From a virus: a stretch of DNA of 64,000 nt. Positions 56,378-64,000 of this stretch are shown here, piece after piece (the first letter of the stretch is position 1; every line of letters starts with the position of its first letter). The translations under genes were made by a program, and so were the position numbers. The stretch is taken from positions 1 through 64,000 of IMG/VR virus record IMGVR_UViG_3300045534_000133; one strand, 5' to 3'. Under the pieces are notes generated by a model that was given only the letters and a program-made list of their open reading frames with translations, was not told where the DNA came from and made no database searches.

Positions 56378-57363
56378 GCCAGACCAGTTTCTCGCGCCAA
56401 CTTTTCAGCAGCAATCTGCTCATCGGTCAGTTCATAACCGTCAGCACTCAACGGCCGCTCTGGCACTCCCAACACCATCTCCATCTCGATGATGCCGTCC
56501 TCATCCGGCTCCGGCTCGCGCGTCTGGCGACGGTTGGCGATCGCTGCAGCCGACTGGCCCATCACACCCCGCGCGGTCACGGACAAGTCGAGTGGGCCGG
56601 AGTTGTCACGCACCGCCGTGAACGGCTTGTCAGCAGACCCGAACCCCCGCAACCGCTTCTCCGCGATGAACTTGGCCGCCTTGAAGTCTCCGGCCAGCCC
56701 CATCGTGGCCATGCGGATGGCCAGCTTTCCGCTCATCTGGGCGTGGGCCTCGGCCATCGTCACCCTGTAGCACCGGTACAGGGTCTCCATGCTCACCCGG
56801 AGATACAGGGCGATCTCCTCATCATTCTGACCGGCATAGCGCAAAGCCATCACCTGCGCCTCTGTGGCTGGCGTGGCCTCGTGGTGCAGACCGCGATAGC
56901 GGGCCGTGGCTGGCGTGTCGAAAGGGACCGGCGCATCCATCAGACCGGCAAACTCCGCCTTATCAAGGACCACCCCTTCGTGCGCGCGTGCGTGCGCGTG
57001 CGTGGGCGCCTGCGCTGTGTGCGCCTGCGAAGCACCGGGAGGCGCGGCGGCTGGGGGGGCTTCGGTGATGAGGTGCGCCATTCCAGACGGGCTGACGATC
57101 TGGGCGGCGACGCCGGGCGAGGCGAGGCGTGCGGGTTCCTCGATCATTTGGGTGGTGTCACCGATATGATCGGGCCGGGCAAGGACGGTTTCGAGCGGGG
57201 CGTTGCGGAGTGCTTCGCGCTTGGCGGCTTCGGCGGCGACCATGGCGGCGTGTTCTGCTTTTTTCCGGGCGGAGCGCTGGGCCCGTGTTTCCTTGACGGG
57301 CGGCTGGGCAGGAGCAGGACTTGCCGTACCCACCTTTGTCGCCTTTGCCTTTCTCGTAGCCAT
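56374..57363 (-). CDS. Terminase small subunit-like protein
   Basis: HTH EIA.YL.VS.ETLY..Y, A..GD..A..F; upstream of terL. Confidence 0.7.
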   Translation of the reverse strand: MATRKAKATKVGTASPAPAQPPVKETRAQRSARKKAEHAAMVAAEAAKREALRNAPLETVLARPDHIGDTTQMIEEPARLASPGVAAQIVSPSGMAHLITEAPPAAAPPGASQAHTAQAPTHAHARAHEGVVLDKAEFAGLMDAPVPFDTPATARYRGLHHEATPATEAQVMALRYAGQNDEEIALYLRVSMETLYRCYRVTMAEAHAQMSGKLAIRMATMGLAGDFKAAKFIAEKRLRGFGSADKPFTAVRDNSGPLDLSVTARGVMGQSAAAIANRRQTREPEPDEDGIIEMEMVLGVPERPLSADGYELTDEQIAAEKLARETGLA

Positions 57364-57529
57364 GCCTGATCTCCCCCGGCTTCGCCTCTCCCGCCCCCCC
57401 GCTGCGCGGTGATCATGGGAGTCGCGCGTTCCTGTGTGTTCTCTCATATCGCACAGGCTTGAGCGCGCGTCATGGCTTAGGTGTGGGAAGCGGGCGCAAA
57501 GAAAATGTTGGTGGGTTGATAAAAAGCGC

Positions 57530-57558
57530 TTGCGGGCTTCCCACGCTCTAGCTATAAA
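57530..57558 (+). promoter_or_regulatory. Sigma70-like promoter containing GCTCTAGCT motif
   Basis: TTGCGG-17 nt-TATAAA. Confidence 0.6.
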
Positions 57559-57603
57559 CGGTCTGTAGCCCGGGAAGCGGGCCGAAACCTTGGGAACCGA
57601 AAA

Positions 57604-57813
57604 ATGCAAATCGAACTGACAGAAGGCGAACTGGGCACCCTGCAGATGGGCCTCGCCGCCTACCATGACTGGCTGAAAACGCAGCTTCGCAAAGGCGTGA
57701 CCGGCGATCAGGAGTACTTCATGGCGGAGGTGGGCCGCGTAAGCCGCGCTGGCGCCACCCTGAACGCGGCGGCGAGAAAGCTGCAGCCTGCTTGGGCCGT
57801 CGAGGCCGCCTGA
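57604..57813 (+). CDS. Hypothetical protein
   Basis: GGGA RBS downstream of promoter. Confidence 0.65.
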   Translation: MQIELTEGELGTLQMGLAAYHDWLKTQLRKGVTGDQEYFMAEVGRVSRAGATLNAAARKLQPAWAVEAA

Positions 57814-57865
57814 ACCCGGGGGCTCCGGCCCCCACCCTTCCCTTCCCCTTCACAGGAAAACAAAC

Positions 57866-58156
57866 ATGACCGCTATCACCCTTCAAGCCACCGCGTGCGA
57901 GTTCGAGAACACCGCGACGGGGTTCCGCGTCACGCGGTTCGAGATGATGAAAATGGGCCGCCTTGCTCGCGAAGACCACGAGATCACCAAGGCCGCCGAA
58001 GTGCAGCCGCTGGCCAACGCCCTGCGCGCCCGGCTGGAGGCCGAACACCCGGGCCAATCGTTCTTCGTGTCGCACTCGCTGCGCCGGGGGGAGCGGGCAC
58101 CTGCAGGGTATCGCAAGCTGCCGCACCGGCTGGCCGAAGTCGATTGCCACGCCTGA
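57866..58156 (+). CDS. Hypothetical protein
   Basis: CCCTTCACAGGA leader. Confidence 0.7.
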   Translation: MTAITLQATACEFENTATGFRVTRFEMMKMGRLAREDHEITKAAEVQPLANALRARLEAEHPGQSFFVSHSLRRGERAPAGYRKLPHRLAEVDCHA

Positions 58157-58410
58157 TGAAACGCACCCTTGAAAACGCCCTCCGCTACGACGCCCGCTCC
58201 GGCTCTCTGCTGGACGACATGATCGCTCACGGGCTGCTGTATGACGCGGCCCGGGGCGGCGATCAGGCTGCCGCAGACAAGCTGCGCGAAGTCGAGGGCT
58301 TTATGCGGTGCGAAACCATCAGCCGCAAGGCGGTGCCCGGCGATGACGACTGGGGCACGCCCGTCGGCGACACCTTCGCCCCGCGCGGCATCACCAGAGT
58401 CCACGCCTAA
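58156..58410 (+). CDS. Hypothetical protein
   Basis: TGATG coupling. Confidence 0.6.
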   Translation: MKRTLENALRYDARSGSLLDDMIAHGLLYDAARGGDQAAADKLREVEGFMRCETISRKAVPGDDDWGTPVGDTFAPRGITRVHA

Positions 58411-58476
58411 CCCCCCCCTTTTCGTGCCTACCCGGCCGGGCGGGTTTCCCGGACCACCTTTTCACAGGACACCAAC

Positions 58477-59472
58477 ATGACCACCAATCGCAAACTGAAA
58501 ATCGGCGGTGAGGCCCGCGACGGCATAGTCGTGGTGCGCGAGAACGGCAACGCCATCGCCATTTTCCTGCCGGGCGGCACGCGCGACAGTACGCCCCTGC
58601 AGGACGCTCACGCCTTTGTGGAGGCGGTGAAGGCCGCCCACACGGCGGAGCCGGGCGGGCACCCGGCATGGGTGGCGGGCACCACCTATCGGACTGGCGA
58701 CCGGGTTAGCCACAAGGGCTTTATCTGGGAGATAACGATTGACGTGGCCTACGCGAGCATCCCCCCGGCCGTTGGGACAATGGGTGACGGCAGGCTGGAC
58801 GAGTCCCTCTGGCGCAAGATCGGCCCGGCCGTGGCTGGCCCCACCCCCGACGCGCTGGACAAAGTGCTGGCCGAGATTCCGCCCGAGGAACTGTCGGTTA
58901 AGCTGGACGCGGCCATGAAAGCCCCCCAGCCCAAGCCCAAGCCCGGAGAGACCTTTACGGACTACATGCGCCGCGTGTCGGAGACGCAGGGCCTGCCGAA
59001 AGGCATCACCGAGATTCTGACGGGCATGGCTGGCAAGGTTGACACTGGCGAGCCGTTCCCCGGCCGCCGGGACGACGAGGTGCGCATCCGGTCCTTTGAC
59101 AATCTGGAGGACATGCTGGAGGCCATTGGTGCCACGGAAAGCGATGAAGACGCCGACGACTGTGACTGCGGCATCTGCATGCTTCGCCGCCACTGGTACA
59201 CTGACGACGGCGAACTGCGCCAAGGCCGGTCGCTTGCTGCCCTGATCAAGGGCATGGCGATCGTGACCCGTAAGGGCTCCGAGGACCGCGAGGTGGAGAC
59301 CGCCGCCCGCCGCGTCGCCGCCAGCCTTTACATTGCAGGCATCAGCACCGATGCCGACGTTGGGGTCGTTGGTTTGGAACTGCCGATCAGCTTGGACCAA
59401 AAAGCCGTGCTGGCGGCCGTCGCCATCAAGATGGACGGCTTTTCCGACGTAGAGCAAGTCGCGGTTCACTAA
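58477..59472 (+). CDS. Hypothetical protein with CBM5/12-like motif and Cys cluster
   Basis: AWVAGTTYRTGDRVSHKG..W; CDCGIC. Confidence 0.7.
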   Translation: MTTNRKLKIGGEARDGIVVVRENGNAIAIFLPGGTRDSTPLQDAHAFVEAVKAAHTAEPGGHPAWVAGTTYRTGDRVSHKGFIWEITIDVAYASIPPAVGTMGDGRLDESLWRKIGPAVAGPTPDALDKVLAEIPPEELSVKLDAAMKAPQPKPKPGETFTDYMRRVSETQGLPKGITEILTGMAGKVDTGEPFPGRRDDEVRIRSFDNLEDMLEAIGATESDEDADDCDCGICMLRRHWYTDDGELRQGRSLAALIKGMAIVTRKGSEDREVETAARRVAASLYIAGISTDADVGVVGLELPISLDQKAVLAAVAIKMDGFSDVEQVAVH

Positions 59473-59558
59473 ATGCAAGAGCGGTCTGGACTCTTGGCTA
59501 AAGCCAAGCTACAGACCGCTCATTGCTCTAGCTTCTCCCTTCAACAGAAAGACCTGAC

Positions 59559-60557
59559 ATGACTGATCACGCCCCCATCACGAGCCCGGCCGACTACGGC
59601 TTGGACGACGCCGCCCTTGAAACGATCGAGGCTGTCGGCGCCGCAAACACCCCGGAACCCAAGCGCAAAGGGCCCCGGGCGAACTCCCTGACGCCCGCAC
59701 GGGCCTGCCTGATCGGCGGAACCTCCATTCCCTACCTCGAACTGGGCTCTGCCCAGAACCCCGCTGCGACCGACAAGGGCTGGGCCCTGTGGAAACTGTA
59801 CGCAGGCACCGACGCGGCAGGCCTGCAGGCGTTCGTCATCGGCGGCAGCAACACCTATTCCAAGCTGCTCAAGGGCTACCGGGATATCCTGCTGGCCAGC
59901 ACGGCGGCCGGTATCGAGCCCGACGGCGAGACGATCGCGGCGTATCAGGCCGCATGGGACCGGAAGCAGGAACTCAAGGCTGCCGCCAAGATGGGCGCCC
60001 GGGCCGCCCGAAAGGCCGCGAAGGCGCCGACGCCTGCCGAACCGGGCCCCTATGCTGCCGTGCCGACGCCCGATCTGGAGGCCACCGCCAAGGGGCTGGA
60101 GGAACTGATCAGCGCCGAACGCACGACGGCAGACCGGGAACTGCAGGACGACCGCCGGGCGCGGGCCAAGGCCATGCGAAAGGAACTGGCCAGCCGCCTT
60201 ACCCCCGAGGACAAGGCCGCGACTGCCAAGGTGGCTGCCAGCCTAAAGGCTGCGGTGGCGCCGAAGGCAAAACCCACCCCAACGGCCGCTGACACCGCTC
60301 TGGTCGCCCGGGGTGGCAAAGCACCCAAGGTGCCCGAGAAGGCCCCAGAGAAGGCCGTGGAGGCCCCTGCAGCCGCCTCGGCAGCCAAGGCACCCGACAA
60401 ACCGAAGGTGGCGGTGTTCGCCTCCCTGATGGGCGCCCGCAAGGCCGCCCGGGACGCTCTCGGCGCCGAGGCGATCGAGGGTGTGGACTTCAAGATCGCG
60501 GGCAAAGGCAAACGCCTTTCGTGGATTCCCATTGGCATGAACGCGCCGAAGGCGTAA
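59559..60557 (+). CDS. Ala/Lys-rich hypothetical protein
   Basis: Long ORF after promoter-like gap; hairpin terminators downstream. Confidence 0.75.
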   Translation: MTDHAPITSPADYGLDDAALETIEAVGAANTPEPKRKGPRANSLTPARACLIGGTSIPYLELGSAQNPAATDKGWALWKLYAGTDAAGLQAFVIGGSNTYSKLLKGYRDILLASTAAGIEPDGETIAAYQAAWDRKQELKAAAKMGARAARKAAKAPTPAEPGPYAAVPTPDLEATAKGLEELISAERTTADRELQDDRRARAKAMRKELASRLTPEDKAATAKVAASLKAAVAPKAKPTPTAADTALVARGGKAPKVPEKAPEKAVEAPAAASAAKAPDKPKVAVFASLMGARKAARDALGAEAIEGVDFKIAGKGKRLSWIPIGMNAPKA

Positions 60558-60701
60558 ACAGAAGCCCTTCTGTGAAGGGAAGGTGCCAGCGTGTGGATGC
60601 GCGGTGGCACGGAGGGGCGGCCCGGGTATCAGACCCTCGGGCCGCCCTTTTCATGTCTGGCGAGCAGCGCTAGGCTTGCCGCTCCAGAACAGGAGAACCC
60701 C

Positions 60702-60989
60702 ATGAACGACAAGACCGACAAAGCCACCCTGAAAAAGGCTCTGGCAGCCCTGCGGCCCTTCGCTCACCTGCCGATCAGCGACATGCAGCCAGACGAGGCA
60801 CACCCGGCGTTTCAGGTGCAGGTCGGCTTCGTCCGGGCCGCTCGCGCCCTGTTCGACCCGGCCGACTTCGGAGCCCCGGCCAACCCCGCCAGCCCGGAGC
60901 CCACGATCGAGGCGGAACCGGAAATCCCGGTCGCTGAACCAGAGCCTGCCTCTGAACCGGAAGCCCCGGTCGCTGAACCGGAAGCCTAG
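60702..60989 (+). CDS. Hypothetical protein with EPE-x-PVA repeats
   Basis: AGGAG RBS; duplicated cccggtcgctgaacc. Confidence 0.65.
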   Translation: MNDKTDKATLKKALAALRPFAHLPISDMQPDEAHPAFQVQVGFVRAARALFDPADFGAPANPASPEPTIEAEPEIPVAEPEPASEPEAPVAEPEA

Positions 60990-61801
60990 TCCGATTTGAT
61001 CGGGGCAGGCTTCGGCTGGCGCGGCCAAGCGTCGTCCAATCGGGCCTGCCCCATCTTCGTGTAGTCGTGGCCGTCGAACAGACGCAGGGCGTTGTGGGCA
61101 GCCTCGACCCGGCGGCAGGCGAGGTCAAACCACTGCTGCTGCATCTCGATGCCCGTGAACGGCCGCCCCAGAGCGGCGCAGGCCACGCCAGTCGTGCCGC
61201 TCCCCATGAACGGGTCCAGCACCGTGTCGCCCGGCTTCGTGAAGTCGGAGACCAGTTCTTTCATCAGCCCCAAGGGCTTCTCGGTCGGGTGGCCGCCTTT
61301 GGATGTGGGAAGGCGAGACGAAGGGTTCACCATGTGGGTATAGACCCCGCGCTTCCCTCCCGCGTTCCAAGACCGATTGCCGGAACCGCACCACGCCGCA
61401 ACAAAGTTCTCGAACCCCCGCGCCGGGCCCTGCCCGTTCATGCGGGGCGTGCTGTCGGGCTTAATCCAGACGCAGGTGGTGTCCCACTTGCCCCCGGCCG
61501 CCTGTATGGGGTCGCGCCATGCCCGGACGCCCTCTGCCAGCGTGAACGCCAGCAGCCAACCATCCGAGGCTTCCACCATCAGCCGGGCGAACTCGTCCCG
61601 GTCGGCATTGATGCCCTCGAACGTCATCTCGTCATTGGTGCGCTGCCCGTCATTGCGCAGACGATTGATCTTGCCCACACCGGCGTGCAGTTCGTCCTCG
61701 TAGGGCGGGTCCGTGATGATGTGCTTCGCCCGCTCGGTCAGCAGCAGTTCGCGGCTGTCGCCCAGTATCAGGGTGTGAGGCCCGATGCGCTCAACCTGCA
61801 T
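60986..61801 (-). CDS. N6-adenine/N4-cytosine DNA methyltransferase (beta class)
   Basis: ITDPPY, HPTEKP, DPFMGSGTT. Confidence 0.92.
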   Translation of the reverse strand: MQVERIGPHTLILGDSRELLLTERAKHIITDPPYEDELHAGVGKINRLRNDGQRTNDEMTFEGINADRDEFARLMVEASDGWLLAFTLAEGVRAWRDPIQAAGGKWDTTCVWIKPDSTPRMNGQGPARGFENFVAAWCGSGNRSWNAGGKRGVYTHMVNPSSRLPTSKGGHPTEKPLGLMKELVSDFTKPGDTVLDPFMGSGTTGVACAALGRPFTGIEMQQQWFDLACRRVEAAHNALRLFDGHDYTKMGQARLDDAWPRQPKPAPIKSD

Positions 61802-62018
61802 GACCAGCCAAGGTATAGACGTTGGCCTTGCCGCCGGTGGCTTCGCGATCTGTAACGATCTGGTAGCCGCGATGACGCAGGCTTTTGATCGACTCTTTCA
61901 GCGTCGTCGGCGAGACGCGAACCTCGTTGCTGGCCTTCAGCCGGAGCGGACCCCGCTCAAGCCGGACCAGAACATCCGCGTCAATGGTGCCCTGTGAGGG
62001 GCGCTTCGGTTCTGCCAT
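61791..62018 (-). CDS. Small HTH-like protein
   Basis: VS..TL...I..LR..GY.I. Confidence 0.55.
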   Translation of the reverse strand: MAEPKRPSQGTIDADVLVRLERGPLRLKASNEVRVSPTTLKESIKSLRHRGYQIVTDREATGGKANVYTLAGHAG

Positions 62019-62077
62019 GTTCGTTCCCAAGGTTGCCCCCGCCGGATGCCCGACGGGGGCGGATTGGTCAAGCTGTT

Positions 62078-62629
62078 TCAGAGCGCGGTGGCCACATCGA
62101 AGGACGGGCAGGCCTTGGCCACGCCGGGCCAGTCGCGGTGGCCGCGCACGATGATGCCGGGATACTTGGCCTTGTACTCCGCCACCAGCTTGCGCAGCGT
62201 CGTCTTCTGGGCATCCGTGCGGGTGTCAGCGGGCTCCATGTCGGCCTCGACCCCGCCGACGTAGCAGATGCCGATGTTGCCGGTGTTGTGGCCGCCGACG
62301 TGGGCGCCCTTCTGGTTATCGAGGAGGGTGCGGACGGCAGAACCGTCCAGTTCGATGACGTGGTGGTAGCTGGGCTGGCCGAAGCGGGCCATGCCGATAC
62401 TGACGATGCCTGCAGCCTTTACGTCTCGGCCGCGCGGCGTCGCGGCGCAATGGATGGTCAGGTAACTGATGCCAGCGGCAGCCGGGGTGGCCGCAGCCGA
62501 AACCGGTGCCGGGACCAGCTTGTTCAGATCGTCTGTCGTGACGGCGCCTGCGTGCCCGTCAGCCTTGAGGCCGCGCCGGGCCTGATAGGACCGGACGAAC
62601 GCTTCGTTGGCTTCTGCTTTGGTGGTCAT
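62078..62629 (-). CDS. Endolysin, N-acetylmuramoyl-L-alanine amidase (T7-lysozyme-like) with N-terminal PG-binding segment
   Basis: IHCAAT, YHH, GAH..G.N, IGICY.GG, GHRD, KACP; YQ...GL.ADG.AG..T. Confidence 0.92.
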   Translation of the reverse strand: MTTKAEANEAFVRSYQARRGLKADGHAGAVTTDDLNKLVPAPVSAAATPAAAGISYLTIHCAATPRGRDVKAAGIVSIGMARFGQPSYHHVIELDGSAVRTLLDNQKGAHVGGHNTGNIGICYVGGVEADMEPADTRTDAQKTTLRKLVAEYKAKYPGIIVRGHRDWPGVAKACPSFDVATAL

Positions 62630-62641
62630 GGTCGCCTCCTG

Positions 62642-63949
62642 CTAGTGTTTGACGCCTCGTGCGCCGGTAATTGTCTCGGGTACGCGCTCGGCCAGAACTT
62701 CGGCGAACGTCTGGCCGGTGGCCATCAGGATGGCCGTCTGGCCAGTGAACTTCTCCCACCGGGTGATGGCCACGTCCACATAGGCCGGTGACAGTTCCAC
62801 GGCATAGCAGATGCGGCCCTCGCGCTCGGCGGCGATGAGGCAGGTGCCGGACCCAGAGAACGGCTCATAGATGGCCTGCCCGGGGTTGCTGTTGTTTCGG
62901 ATGGCCCGGGCAAACAGTTCGACCGGTTTCTGGGTGCCGTGGCCGGTCTTTTCGTCACCCTTCTGCTCGCCGCCCTTGCGGCCGACAGGGTTAAGCGTCG
63001 GGACATCCCAGATCGTGGACTGGGTCCGATCTCCGCCCCAGTGGTGCGTCTTGGCCTTCCCCCGGACAACGTACCACGCCGCCTCGTGCTGCCAGTGGTA
63101 GTCGGAGCCCCCGAGGGCGTAGTGCTGCTTTTTCCAGATGATCTGGGACTTCACCTCGAACCCAACCTCCCGCAGGGAGAAGTCCACCTCGCTGGCGTAC
63201 AGGCCCGCATGCCAGACGTATGCCACGTCGCCCGGGAACAGGGCCCACGCCTCCGTCCAGATGGCGTTGTCATCGTTCTCGACCTTGCCGGTCCCGCGCT
63301 TGGCGAAGCTGGAGGTGGCCTTGTCGCGGAAACCCGGGTCGTACTTCACGCCGTAGGGCGGGTCTGTAACCATCAAGTGCGGCTTCACGCCCCCCAAAAC
63401 GGCGGCCACCGTGTCGGCGTCCGTGCTGCTGCCACAGGCGATGCGGTGGCCGCCCAGTTCCCAGATATCCCCAAGCACCGACACGGGGTGCACAGGGGCG
63501 TCCGGCACGTCGTCGGCTTCGCTCTCGCCCTCGTTCGGCTGGTGCAGCAGCTTGAGGAGTTCGTCCTCGTCGTGCCCGGTCAGAGACAGGTCGAAACCTG
63601 CCTCCTCCAGTTTGCGCAGTTCGGCGATCAGGGCGGCGGTGTCGGTATCGGAGTCCTCCGCCGACCGGTTGTCGGCGATGCGGTAGGCCATCTTTTGCTC
63701 CGCCGACAGGCCGAGAACCTGAATCACCGGCTTCTCGGTTAGGCCGAGGTTTCGAGCGGCATGGCGGCGGCGGTGGCCAGCCAAGATCACCCCGTCCTCG
63801 TCAACGATCACCGGATTGATGAAGCCGTACTCGTCGATCAGTTTTTCCATCTTCGCGATGGTGGCGGGCGTGTGAGCCTTGTGATTGTCGGGATAGTCCT
63901 TTGCCCCGTCGATCGGCCACATGGCCGTGGGCAGCACCTTCACCGTCAT
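62642..63949 (-). CDS. ParB/Srx-N-terminal fused DNA methyltransferase
   Basis: YGF.NP....G.ILAGH.R, RIADNR; TDPPY, H.TQKP, EPFSGSGT. Confidence 0.92.
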   Translation of the reverse strand: MTVKVLPTAMWPIDGAKDYPDNHKAHTPATIAKMEKLIDEYGFINPVIVDEDGVILAGHRRRHAARNLGLTEKPVIQVLGLSAEQKMAYRIADNRSAEDSDTDTAALIAELRKLEEAGFDLSLTGHDEDELLKLLHQPNEGESEADDVPDAPVHPVSVLGDIWELGGHRIACGSSTDADTVAAVLGGVKPHLMVTDPPYGVKYDPGFRDKATSSFAKRGTGKVENDDNAIWTEAWALFPGDVAYVWHAGLYASEVDFSLREVGFEVKSQIIWKKQHYALGGSDYHWQHEAAWYVVRGKAKTHHWGGDRTQSTIWDVPTLNPVGRKGGEQKGDEKTGHGTQKPVELFARAIRNNSNPGQAIYEPFSGSGTCLIAAEREGRICYAVELSPAYVDVAITRWEKFTGQTAILMATGQTFAEVLAERVPETITGARGVKH

Positions 63950-64000
63950 CGCATCCCTCCGCGCTCGCGGGGCAGCTATGCCATGAACCGGCGGAAAGCG

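Larger units (their letters stand above)
1..64000. mobile_element. Tailed dsDNA bacteriophage genome segment (siphovirus morphology predicted)
   Basis: Terminase, portal, MuF, protease, capsid, tail tube, tape measure, tail tip, lysis and replication genes; no sheath gene; no host housekeeping genes. Confidence 0.97.

Noticed and set aside
56980-57005. Alternating purine-pyrimidine tract (gtgcgcgcgtgcgtgcgcgtgcgtg)
   Set aside because: Encodes low-complexity THAHARAH in the small terminase; no independent evidence of function
57364-57666. Extended start of the small terminase ORF
   Set aside because: Covers the divergent promoter region; ATG 57363 has a GGGAG RBS
1-64000. CRISPR array, diversity-generating retroelement, retron, invertase shufflon
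   Set aside because: No regularly spaced repeat-spacer array, no reverse transcriptase or site-specific recombinase motifs, and no adenine-specific TR/VR pair seen by eye

Overview
The whole 64-kb window reads as a high-GC tailed dsDNA phage (siphovirus-type) with no host housekeeping genes. No integrase, CRISPR array or reverse transcriptase was seen. An alphaproteobacterial, probably Caulobacteraceae-like, host is inferred from a permuted tmRNA, promoter style and a KGG stress protein. Modules: replication (DUF1376-like initiator, DnaB, VRR-NUC), recombination (YqaJ/RecT-like), holin/spanins, a complete minus-strand tail and head operon (7-39.7 kb), a plus-strand accessory block (39.8-49.5 kb), a tmRNA-tRNA locus, portal/terminase (53.4-57.4 kb), a second accessory block, an endolysin and DNA methyltransferases. 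The main candidate novel system is a ~2200-aa multi-enzyme protein placed between MuF and the prohead protease. It carries a Zeta-like kinase, an unknown domain, a NUDIX hydrolase, a PI3/4K-HipA-like kinase and an ADP-ribosyltransferase-like domain. Its domain boundaries carry the same [VIL]-x-K motif that saturates the scaffold, often followed by an R...G-x-[FW] tag. This suggests a capsid-packaged effector polyprotein cut by the (itself split) prohead protease. Other highlights are a phage-encoded two-piece tmRNA with a Leu resume codon, a repeated GCTCTAGCT intergenic motif, a modular tail-tip fibre and a -1 tail-chaperone frameshift. All protein assignments come from motif recognition by eye; no database searches were run.
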